A stretch of 63,681 nucleotides of DNA, the filler included, from Phoronis australis (Eukaryota; Animalia; Phoronida): NCBI GenBank assembly GCA_002633005.1. It is 7 parts of 7 records of this genome, joined end to end, with 100 filler letters (N's around TTAATTAATTAA, not from the genome) between each part and the next. Parts side by side here need not be neighbours in the genome. Positions count along the whole stretch, not along the records: positions 50,853 to 54,132 come from NMRA01003112.1; positions 54,233 to 58,563 come from NMRA01002622.1; positions 58,664 to 61,884 come from NMRA01003142.1; positions 61,985 to 63,681 come from NMRA01002623.1; 3 more parts are not named here. One strand, written 5' to 3'. Positions within the stretch are counted from its first letter, which is position 1; each line of letters starts with the position of its first letter. Under the pieces are notes generated by a model. It searched no databases. It saw only the letters and a program-made list of their open reading frames with translations, and had not been told where the DNA came from. A program made the translations under genes and the position numbers. Of the stretch, positions 53,374-63,681 are shown piece by piece.

Positions 53374-53578
53374 GAAGGAGGGTAGATATGTTCGAACGGA
53401 GTGGAAAAAGATTAAAGTTGGTGATTTTGTGCACTTGTCCTGCAACGAGACCATTCCCGCCGATATCCTGCTGTTACAGTCGTCTGATGATAACAGGCTT
53501 TGTTACATCGAAACAGCTAATTTGGACGGGGAAACCAACCTGAAGCAAAGAGAAAGCGTGAAAGGAATATCGTACAGT
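53374..53578 (+). CDS. ATP10: P4-ATPase phospholipid flippase, ATP10 (class 5)-like, actuator-domain exon
   Basis: TTTGCAG| ... |GTAAGT exon encoding [47 protein letters not shown] with the P4 DGET motif. Confidence 0.9.
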
Positions 53579-54880
53579 GTAAGTTTTGAAGAGTTGAGCC
53601 CTTCTTGTCGTTTATTAGCTCATAGGGCCGGTTAGGCTCATTTGGTTCTGATCTGTGCTGCGCAGTAAAGACTTGATGTCAGGTGATTTTTGTAAAAATA
53701 ACTCTGCCTCGTTATCACTAATAAGTTGATATTTGATGAATTTTATAAAAAGGGAAAAAGACATTGCTGTACCACTTTAGCTGATATGTGATTTTTTTTG
53801 TTTCTGAGAAATAAGATAGTGTCAACAAGCTCAGACGTGAACCAAATATGTTTTTAGCCTCGTCTCTTTTACTCCATGCTATGCAAATACAGACTAATCA
53901 TTAGGGCAATCACCAGTTGACCCCAACTTGTTCTATGGAACAGCAAACGAACAAATTGACTTGTCGACCAGTTTAGCCAATATGCTTCGAACGTTCGTTT
54001 CGTAACTACCAAAGTTCCAGCTTATCGATTTTAAAATCACACTCGCAACATAAGCTTTGGAATAGATTTTCTCCAAAAATGATGTTCCTTATAGTAGTGA
54101 GATGATGCTTTTAGCTGTTAGTGTTCCTGTCTNNNNNNNNNNNNNNNNNNNNNNNNNNNNNNNNNNNNNNNNNNNNTTAATTAATTAANNNNNNNNNNNN
54201 NNNNNNNNNNNNNNNNNNNNNNNNNNNNNNNNAAAACTAAATTTACCAAAAACAATTACAGTTTTTCATTTTCATATTATTAGTGCCACCACAGACTATA
54301 GTACATGGACCGCCATCTCCGTATACTTTCAATGGACGAAATCTGTGCTGTTTCACACAATGTTACGTCATTATTCACTAGCGAGACCTGGCCCAATTAT
54401 CTGGTGTTATTTACGGCAAGTACGTCATCTGCTAATTTTGGTCGGCTGTTGTGTGGTCGGGTGGTAGTAGCATTGCTAAAAGTACTCATGATACCAACAG
54501 TTCTACTATTTTAAGACTTTGAACAGCATTTAAATGCCAAAATTATTTTGTTTTCATTGTACTCGACAGTAAAATAGATGCGAGAATTTCCCGTCACAAT
54601 ACACTAACTGTAAAATGAATCGGATAATTTAGGAAAGTGGCGCCGCCTCTAGGATAGTACAGAAAATGTCAGAGTTGCGGATCTGGTGTTTATAATCTAA
54701 GGTGGCACAGATCCGACTTGCTCTAATGGTAAGTTATCATTTAAGAAACATAAGAAGGGTCAACGTAAACTTGCTGAAAAACAAACTGAAGACCCAATAG
54801 TTCTAATATGACAATAGTGGAGGCACCGTGGCGTGAACAGTTGTAATAGCTTCACAGAAGCACATTAGTCTCAGATTTCT

Positions 54881-56929
54881 TCATCCTTCATCACTTGATG
54901 AATTGTCAACATCTTCAGCTTCAGCCATGGGAAATCTCAAAATGGCTGCCACCCCTGTGAGCTGACCCAACTCTAAAACAGAAAAACAATGACGACACCT
55001 GACAATAGTTTTAACTAATAATCCCAGAATTTATATAGTGTTTAATATTTATAGAAGGCCAGCGCACAAAAATATGAATTTTCATTGTTGATAATGTGGT
55101 CAATAACAATCATTTTGTGTGCACTCACTCACAAGTGCATTCACTCACAACAACTCAACCACAAAATTGCAAGTTGGTGGGGAATATCAAAAAAAAACAT
55201 TTGTTTGAAAGATGTCATATCACTCCTGATATTGGGTGCACTTGATGCCAATAATATGTTAGGAGCAAGATCAAAATCAACAAACAAGACTTCAGATATG
55301 ATGGAAAAATGAAAGCTCAGCGTGACAGCAAGATACACAACAGAAGAACAACTATCATTAACAACTTTCAATCAACTTTTGAAGCTGCGGTGCACACCAA
55401 AAGTATTCAGACAAAAAGACCCAGATTTCCCATCAGGGTGGAAGTCGAATTCATGGTCAGAGTAGTTTTCCCTCATGACTAAGAATGAAGTGGAGTTAGT
55501 TACGTGGCCAAGCCATTCTACAATTATAACTTTGCCCCCAAAAATAGTGACTACAACTCATTTTCACTGTTAACAAAATTAGCCGGCATGACCACAAAAT
55601 GGTATTTTGTCTGGATTACTTTAGAAGGAGAACAGCAACAACTCACGTTCTCCAGACACGTGAAGACTGGAGAATATTTTAACATCCCCACCACTCTCTC
55701 TGCACGAGTCAACAAGCTTGACGTATCGTTGTCTCACAGCAACCTCTTGAGCCCTATGAACAGATCAAATGCAAGAAATATTACAAAAACATACATTACT
55801 GCAGCATTTCTAGAGATCAGCTGTTCCAAACAAATTTAACACAAGTGGAGCTCTGCGAGAATCTGATATGATATAGAAATTGCCATGACAAAGACAGTGA
55901 GCAATAAGAATATCGGCAAACTTAACAAACGGTAAAAAGCCTTCAGTTTCAGAGATATATACTTGCTAAACTGGACATTTTGTGCTCTTTTTTAAAGCAT
56001 AGGGCTGTTCCAGTCCGCCTGGAAGTGGAGCACATGAAATAAAAAACTATGGATGGTTGTGTTCAGAACAAATAAAAATTTACCAATGAATTATTGTTCT
56101 AGTAAAAATAATATGTAATCGGTTTTTGATGTTTTTATGAATGGATTTGTCGCGGCGGTTATCATGGTTTGTTCCATGCAGCAAAGTACATGTACACTGT
56201 CTAAATCACAATTTTCATACATTACAATCCATTTCACAACTGGTTACTGCGAATAATACATACTGGTTGGGATGTGAATAGCACAAATCACAAGAGTGAG
56301 TTTACTTTAATGACCAGCTTCCTATGTTTAGGGACAGGCAAAGGGGTGTTTTTGTAGGCACTGGCTGAACATATTGTGAAGAGACTTGAGTATCAGTATT
56401 TCTGGATCATTCAGTACTATCATCCCAGGCAGCATACCCTGGGCTTGTAAATATATCCAAACTCCAGTTCCATCACAAAACTGTATTACACGTTACTTGG
56501 AATACGTAAATCAAGGTTTTGGTTGGTTGGACAAGCAAATCTTTGCATTCCAAATTAAAAAAATTATGGTCGATGAGTTAGGAATTATAGAACAGAAATA
56601 AGGGTTTCGGGTGAAAGAAGAAAGTGTCTTCCTCTTCCTATATGGATTTTTACTAAACTGCTGAAAATGCTCAATTTTTGCCAATGGTTGTCTCTCGACA
56701 GCTAAGCAACACAAACCAGCGTAACAATGAAATTCTAAATTTTTAATTGAAAAATTTGACAAAAATGAAATTCCACTTGTCTGTCATAAAGTAAAGAATT
56801 CTATACATAAGCCATATGCTCCCATATAAATACTTTGAAGGCTTTTAAGTCAGTTACCTGAATAACTCATCGGTAATTAATAGTGTCTCAATGGCTTGAT
56901 GGTCATTTGCACGCTCCACGTCTTTGACA
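54881..56929 (-). CDS. PELO: Pelota (Dom34), last three coding exons: 56929-56858, 55753-55647, 54972-54881
   Basis: Spliced [89 protein letters not shown]; canonical GT-AG sites with consistent phases. Confidence 0.95.
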
Positions 56930-57109
56930 CTGAAAAGCAGAATATAAGGCGATTATTTTGCTGCATTTTATTACCACACAACGAAATTCAGAAATTTCAA
57001 AAATGAGTCTTCAGTTGATAAGAAAATTTTACGAAAAAGCTGTTGGCCTTATAACATGATCAGATGGTGCTCCTTTAGCCTCATTAAAATTTGTCGAGGA
57101 ACTTCAGCG

Positions 57110-58186
57110 GAACACAGCAAAACAAAAAAATGAAATTGCCACTATGGGGCACAGTGTTCGTCGGATCTTCTCTTGTTAACTTCATATAAATACACATGCT
57201 AAATTTAATAAAGATCCTGCACAGGACTTAGGAAAAACAGGTATGGGTGCAAAAAAAAAACAAAACTGCCACTAGGAGGCGCCCAAATAGTCAGTCGTCG
57301 GAAATTCATTGTCTACAGTCCCCTTCATAGAAAGAACATAAATGCCAACTTTCAGTCATCTTTGGAGTGGTTTGGTTGACAAAGGGACGGACGCCAAAAA
57401 AAGCTCAAAAACAACGAAAATGGCCAATAGATGGTGCAAATTACCTTAAATCAATCCAAAGATGAATGGCTAGCGTCACCTTACAAATAGATGTCTATGT
57501 GCCAAATTTTGTAGAAATCCGTTGAGGACCTTTGAAGATACAGAGGTGAACGTATTAAAAAAATATAATTGCCACTAGGGGGCACGCTGGTAAAGCAATC
57601 TGTCCGAAAGTCGTAGTCGTAAGTTGTCAACTTCATATAAATACATTTGTTGCTAAATTTAATAAAGATCCTGTGGAGTGTTTAGGAGATACAGCCATAG
57701 GCGTAAAAACAAACAAAACTACCACTAGGAGGCGCCACAGTAGTCAAAGTCGTCGGAAAATCATCGTTAGCTGTCTGCTTCATCGTAAGTACATGCCAAT
57801 TTTCCCAATCATCCTTAGAGTGGTTTGGTTGTTAGAGGGGCGGACGCCAAAAAATGACTCGAAAATAGTAAAAATGGCCACTAGATGGTGCAAAATGCCT
57901 CAAATCCATCCGAAAACAGGAGGATAGCGTCAACTCATTAATAGATGCCTACGTGCCACATTTCATGAAAATCGGTTGAGGACCTTTGAAGACACAGAGG
58001 TAAACGTAAGAAACTAAAATTGCCACAGGGGGCACAGCGGTATTCGGGTCGGTCCAAAGCTCGTCGCCCTCTGTCGTCAACCCATAAGATCCTGCAAGGG
58101 GTTTAGGAGATACAGCCACGGACGCCAGACCCCCAGACAGAGATGACGGCAATATGCGATCATATATATATGGGGGCGCAAAAAAT
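57110..58186 (-). mobile_element. Second, reverse-oriented copy of the Helentron/DINE-1-like element, in a pelota intron
   Basis: AGAGATGACGGCAATATGCG...GGGGCGCAAAAA mirrors the 33990-34040 head; same CCACTAG(G/A) internal repeats. Confidence 0.75.
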
Positions 58187-58848
58187 GTTAGTTTTTCAAA
58201 AATTTTTGATAAATGCAACTTCTTGGGTTTTTAATAAAATTCATAATTCCTATTTTCTGATAACCTCTACACAAAAGTAGATGACTTCCAAAAGAATTCC
58301 TAACTCCACTTTGGAAACAGTTCACAAAGCATAGAATTAGAAAGTTTTACATGAATGTGATCCACCAATTCGGAGAAGTAATGTTCTGAAGTTAAAAAAA
58401 AATAATTGCAGGCGGTCTGATACACGTTGTACCAGACGTGCGCAGGCCTCGCATGTGGGCCCATTGCACTGATCACCTGGAAATATTTTTGTGCTTTATT
58501 AATATATGGTTAAAACCGAGCTGAGGAGCTAGAAACCTGGCTCAAGGGTTTAGCAGTGTGACCNNNNNNNNNNNNNNNNNNNNNNNNNNNNNNNNNNNNN
58601 NNNNNNNTTAATTAATTAANNNNNNNNNNNNNNNNNNNNNNNNNNNNNNNNNNNNNNNNNNNNGTTACTTTAGCCGAGTTTTAGGACTGTAGGTAGGTCA
58701 TTGTTCGCATGTACACGTTCATGGACTGGGCACTTATTTCAGCAAAGTCTGAAAACGTGTGGGGGAGCGCTTATAGGGGAATGGGCGGTTATTACGGCGA
58801 ATATGGTATTTTTTATGACGGCACTACCTTGTACCTGTTGACGATAAC

Positions 58849-58925
58849 AGTGGCACCTGACGATAACTTCGATTGGACCGAAGTTAAGCGTTCATACTGC
58901 ACCGCAGTGTCGACGCTGCGCTATT
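58849..58925 (+). ncRNA. Decayed type I hammerhead-ribozyme-like fold
   Basis: Stem I AGTGGCAC/GCGCTATT; CTGACGA core at 58857-58863; stem II AACTTCG/CGAAGTT; stem III AGCGTT-C-ATACTGC/GCAGTGT-C-GACGCT. The GAAA box and cleavage-site base are damaged. Confidence 0.45.
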
Positions 58926-60399
58926 AAATCCACCTGTTATCTGCGATCACACGAGGCTGATAAACTACATCATGCAGCCTCCTCTGTGCTGGCTGATAGT
59001 GACCTTACACTAGTTCCAAACATGTTACATTTAGCTTTGTGGAATCTTATTCTAAAAAGTTTTCATAGTCATCTGGCAAGAATTACTTGTCCAAAGGGCA
59101 CAAGTACTCCAGTGAAAGTTACATAACTTCATTAAGAAGTGGACACTTTTACTGGCTGCATAAATATTCTTCAGTTGTAACTGTCAGCTGGTCAGGCATA
59201 GTAACTCTACATTGTCTATTTCATTGGATTTTTGTTTCCCAAGAAGAATTCAAAGATAACAATGAGTGGTAAGACTACTGCCTTAATTATGGTAAAAACA
59301 TTTAGTGGTGTCAGTTTTATTTGTAAATTCATTATATTATTTCGTGAGTCATCGATTCAATATTGTTTGGGACATGGATTGAACATGGCGTTTCACTTAA
59401 TTACTCGTGTTTTCAACCAATCCACAGTGGTCTCTTGTTGTTCTTCATGTCTGGATAGTTTCAATACCGTAAACTAAGATAATAATATTATTTAACACCT
59501 GAAGCACAAGGTGGGTCATTTATTCTTCAGTTTCTATCTCTTGCTTGATTACCCTGGAAACAGAATTGGACATATTTGATAGTGATGTTGTCACTGGCCC
59601 TGACCAAAGTTATTTTAGTTGAAATCTAACATGGTGTAGTCACTGTTATGAGCCAAATGTACATTCTAATAGGGTGATAAAAATAATTGACAGAGTAATA
59701 TTACTCTGGATAAGTCTTGTCATTTGTTGCAAAACCACAAGTATGGTATCATTCATTCACAACAGGGCCTCCAAAGTTTGCTTAAAACATGCAACTGTCC
59801 ACAATTGATTTACTGAGCCAGTATTGTTCAAGGAATACACAAGTGATTAATTGTCCTTGATATGCCTAATGACTATTCTCATGTATTCTCAAACTTGCTA
59901 TTTGTTACCTTTTTCTTGTTTCCTCTGAAATGGAGTGATTTTCGGTTTTGAACCCTTATCACTGAGTATCTTATTAATTAAAAATATTTTATCAGCCATC
60001 ACGCTGCCATTGTTCTAGTAAGTCAGTTTAGTGTAGCCACATCTGATATTGAGCCTGTCTATAGTGACCATACAAGTGTTATTGAGCCACACGAAGCTTT
60101 ACAGGCTGTGAAGAATATTTTGAGTTTGTCATCATTCACCAGTGAGTTTGGCTGTAGATTTGCCCAGGTCAATATTTTCACTTTCTGTTGCTGCTGAGCA
60201 ACTGATACGTTCAGCTCCAGAAATCCTTATATGAGGGTACAGAAAAACGAAAAATTCATCAAGGGAACTATAATTAATAATTAATACACTCAGGTCTACC
60301 AACACTCCAGTATATCTTCATCACTGTATTACGGTTCAAACTGATAGCCTGTGAAACCGTTCACGATCCACCTGCAAAGTCTTCGTCGGATGAGTCGGG

Positions 60400-61495
60400 A
60401 TTGCGAGTTGCCATGTTGATGTTTATTATTACAGAGCCTTCTGTTTCAAAATGAATTATTCTCACCCTAACCAATACTTAAATAAAACTGAAACAAAGTC
60501 TATCTCATTAGATATTATTTGTAATGCCTTTGGAGTGTTTGTGAGTACAATGATTTGAGAAGCCAGCAATGAATAAATCACTGCTTTACCTGCTTAAGGT
60601 GCAATAAAACTAATTGACCGGACACCAGGCTGTGTGAGCGCATGATAATTCAGTGTTTGTTGACAGAAACTGTTGTGAAACAATAACTCGATTTTCTATC
60701 CCACAGCCAGGTGTTAGGGGAATCTTTATTTACATATACATTATTCAAATAATGATTGTCAATGTACAACTTCTGCCCTGCCGGTTCTGTGGCCAAAGGG
60801 GAACTTGAATTCACGGCCTCCTACCAGTAAGTAGATTTGCAGTTTCGTGGCTAATTCACCAACATAATGACGTGCACATTACTTCTTTGGCTCACTAATA
60901 TAGTATTTTCTTGACTGGAAGTTTAGTTTTCAACTTTGGCAGGTTAACGTTCATGATGTCTTCACTCCGGCTGCGACGGGACTGATCGGGTTCCGAGCCA
61001 CTGGCCGGGATAACAAGCGTTCTGTGTGTTTAGAACTCAAAAAAATCACAATTCTAAACAGCACAGATCTATGTATCTGTGTATTTCACGGAAGAATACT
61101 TTGAATTTATCTCCGAACAGACCCCAAACTCCTGCTACAGACCGTAGTAAATTGGCCTAGGCCGAACTTTGTAGGCTACGGTGTGTCCAAATACCAATAA
61201 ATCCGTAACAGCGAAATAAAACAACATGTTTTTATAAGAATTCGGTGTATTTTTAAGGGTTTTACATCGATGATTTATTGGTCTTAATGATGAATTCAAT
61301 GATAAGGTGACACCAGTAACCCGTGTTGTGAACTGCTGAACAGATTGCGTGTGAAACCAATGAAGTCATTGGATAATTTCAACACCTCCGTCTGCCTTCA
61401 GGTTTCAGGTAACGCAACCAAACGTGCTGTTATCGAGTAGAACTACTCAATCCAAATTGATACCAAATAGGTTGTTTTTTGGGTGGCATGCTCCT
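60400..61495 (+). mobile_element. 3' part of the THAP/Kolobok-like family
   Basis: Homologous to 44400-45000 and ends GGGTGGCATGCTCCT|TTAA, an inverted match to the 43953 terminus. Confidence 0.7.
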
Positions 61496-61984
61496 TTAAG
61501 TGGGCTATCAGCTTATCCACGATTGTATTATTGTGCATTCTGCAGGCAGTGGCTGGCTAACAACTTGAGGCCCTCAAGTCACTCAGCAAGGTACTGGAGG
61601 AGTAGGAGGGTGCGTGGTTGTTGTTGGCTAATGTTGGACCATGTTGTTGTTAGACCGTGTTGCGCTGATGTTGGACCATATTGCTCTCTTTGGGCTTCTC
61701 AACCTTTGATTCGCTCTTGAAATAAAAAGACTAAGTTGGTTAGAAGTCATTCCTAACCTTAATAATATTCATTTGAAGATAATTAGTAATACTTGAGCAC
61801 TCTATACAGAGCTGGCATTCTAGGCATGGCTTTCAAGTGCAATAAACTTAATTCCTTTCACAATTCATTACCAATTTATTTACCNNNNNNNNNNNNNNNN
61901 NNNNNNNNNNNNNNNNNNNNNNNNNNNNTTAATTAATTAANNNNNNNNNNNNNNNNNNNNNNNNNNNNNNNNNNNNNNNNNNNN

Positions 61985-62776
61985 TCTGTCCCCCATTATC
62001 CGGGGGGGTGTCAGCCTCCAGAATGCCAGCTATGGCAATTAGGGCCTCGGGCTCCACCGCTTGGCCGCACTCGTCAATAAAAATGTGGGTGAAATGTCCC
62101 TGAGGAAAGTTGGCTGAGGCCAGTCTGTAAATAAAAATCGTCTCGATTAGCTGCCTATGTTGAATTCTTAATAACCAATTAGTGCTTTGGTGTTAAAAAC
62201 AATACCACTTTCAACTATACAATCCTTACTTATTGCCCGGATGAGTCAGCAACTTGAGTCACAGACATTGCATATAGGTGGCAGCACATGAATGTTACAA
62301 TACATATAGAAATCCATGTGAAGGGAAATGTTCGCATGCCTTGGTTTGCACGTCAACTGCACACAACAGAAATAAAGTGGAACAGCCATTGTCAAACTGC
62401 CCAGATATAATTCATTGTACTCTTGACTCATGACAAACTTGTATATAGCAAATGGAACTTTCTTAAGTTCTGTCTAATAACTGATCACTATTCTAGTTTC
62501 TGAAAATAATCTAAGAGTCCTATGGACATTTTGCATCTAAATTTGCTCCACTATTGTCACATTTTATTGTAACTTACATAGAAAACAAATTAACTAAATA
62601 AAATTACTTACAAATTATTAATTTTCTGAAACACACAGAGTATATGCCACATGCCGAATGTATAAAACCAACCTTCCAGATGTCACTAGTGTGCAGACGA
62701 TGATGTCAAACTTTGACAGATCCTGTTTGGAGGGGTAGAAGTAATTACCTCTATTCTTATCGTAGTTGGAAATTTC
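61985..62776 (-). CDS. MOV10: MOV10-like UPF1-family RNA helicase, two internal exons: 62776-62673 and 62124-61985 (cut at the gap)
   Basis: EISNYDKNRGNYFYPSKQDLSKFDIIVCTLVTSGR-LASANFPQGHFTHIFIDECGQAVEPEALIAIAGILEADTPPDNGGQ; Walker B DECGQ; phase-2 GT-AG intron. Confidence 0.9.
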
Positions 62777-62870
62777 CTACAAACAGGTCACAATATTTAC
62801 AGACTGAATCAACTTACAAACAGGTGAATATATGTGTGACCTAAAAAGGCTTTAACTTTATGTCACGATT

Positions 62871-63681
62871 TGGCTCACCTCCCCATGTGGCTCACCTCCC
62901 CATGTGGCTCACCTCCCCATGTGGCTCACCTCCCCATGTGGCTCACCTCCCCATGTGGCTCACCTCCCCATGTGGCTCACCTCCCCATGTGGCTCACCTC
63001 CCCATGTGGCTCACCTCCCCATGTGGCTCACCTCCCCATGTGGCTCACCTCCCCATGTGGCTCACCTCCCCATGTGGCTCACCTCCCCATGTGGCTCACC
63101 TCCCCATGTGGCTCACCTCCCCATGTGGCTCACCTCCCCATGTGGCTCACCTCCCCATGTGGCTCACCTCCCCATGTGGCTCACCTCCCCATGTGGCTCA
63201 CCTCCCCATGTGGCTCACCTCCCCATGTGGCTCACCTCCCCATGTGGCTCACCTCCCCATGTGGCTCACCTCCCCATGTGGCTCACCTCCCCATGTGGCT
63301 CACCTCCCCATGTGGCTCACCTCCCCATGTGGCTCACCTCCCCATGTGGCTCACCTCCCCATGTGGCTCACCTCCCCATGTGGCTCACCTCCCCATGTGG
63401 CTCACCTCCCCATGTGGCTCACCTCCCCATGTGGCTCACCTCCCCATGTGGCTCACCTCCCCATGTGGCTCACCTCCCCATGTGGCTCACCTCCCCATGT
63501 GGCTCACCTCCCCATGTGGCTCACCTCCCCATGTGGCTCACCTCCCCATGTGGCTCACCTCCCCATGTGGCTCACCTCCCCATGTGGCTCACCTCCCCAT
63601 GTGGCTCACCTCCCCATGTGGCTCACCTCCCCATGTGGCTCACCTCCCCATGTGGCTCACCTCCCCATGTGGCTCACCTCC
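62871..63681. repeat. 17-bp minisatellite (TGGCTCACCTCCCCATG), at least 47 identical copies, running off the window end in a probable MOV10 intron
   Basis: Directly visible. Confidence 0.97.

Noticed and set aside
59517-59970. Possible terminal exon VIKQEIETEE* on the minus strand and an upstream donor
   Set aside because: Too short, and no clean in-frame upstream exon could be built.
54881-62776. PELO close to MOV10 as an RNA-surveillance or anti-transposon gene cluster
   Set aside because: They lie on different pieces separated by two synthetic spacers, so linkage is unsupported.

Overview
This is AT-rich, intron-containing animal genomic DNA, probably from an invertebrate (lophotrochozoan/mollusc-like is an inference from the repeat landscape). 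It comes from a fragmented draft assembly. Six identical 100-bp spacers (N44-TTAATTAATTAA-N44) split the window into seven pieces whose adjacency is unproven, and single-N junctions mark further unmerged contig overlaps. Host genes read from spliced exons: a complete, apparently intact 3-exon gene for a 128-aa secreted 10-Cys protein resembling beta-microseminoprotein (minus strand, 20097-25248, missed by the ORF track); a decayed COMTD1-like O-methyltransferase; PPM1H exon 1; one ATP10-type flippase exon; the last three coding exons of pelota; two MOV10 exons; and several orphan exons. Most of the rest is transposon-derived: a BEL/Pao gag-pol with assembly duplications, a Gypsy relic with an inverted gag, several LINE relics (one with TSD and poly-A), TTAA-flanked Kolobok-like elements (one with a THAP ORF), two Helentron/DINE-1-like elements, hAT and Tc1/mariner-type MITEs, a mariner relic and a tRNA-like SINE head. 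There are also micro- and minisatellites and a decayed type I hammerhead-like fold. I found no convincing new multi-gene system; the best leads are the secreted Cys-rich gene and the hammerhead-like relic. All family assignments come from motif recognition, not database searches.
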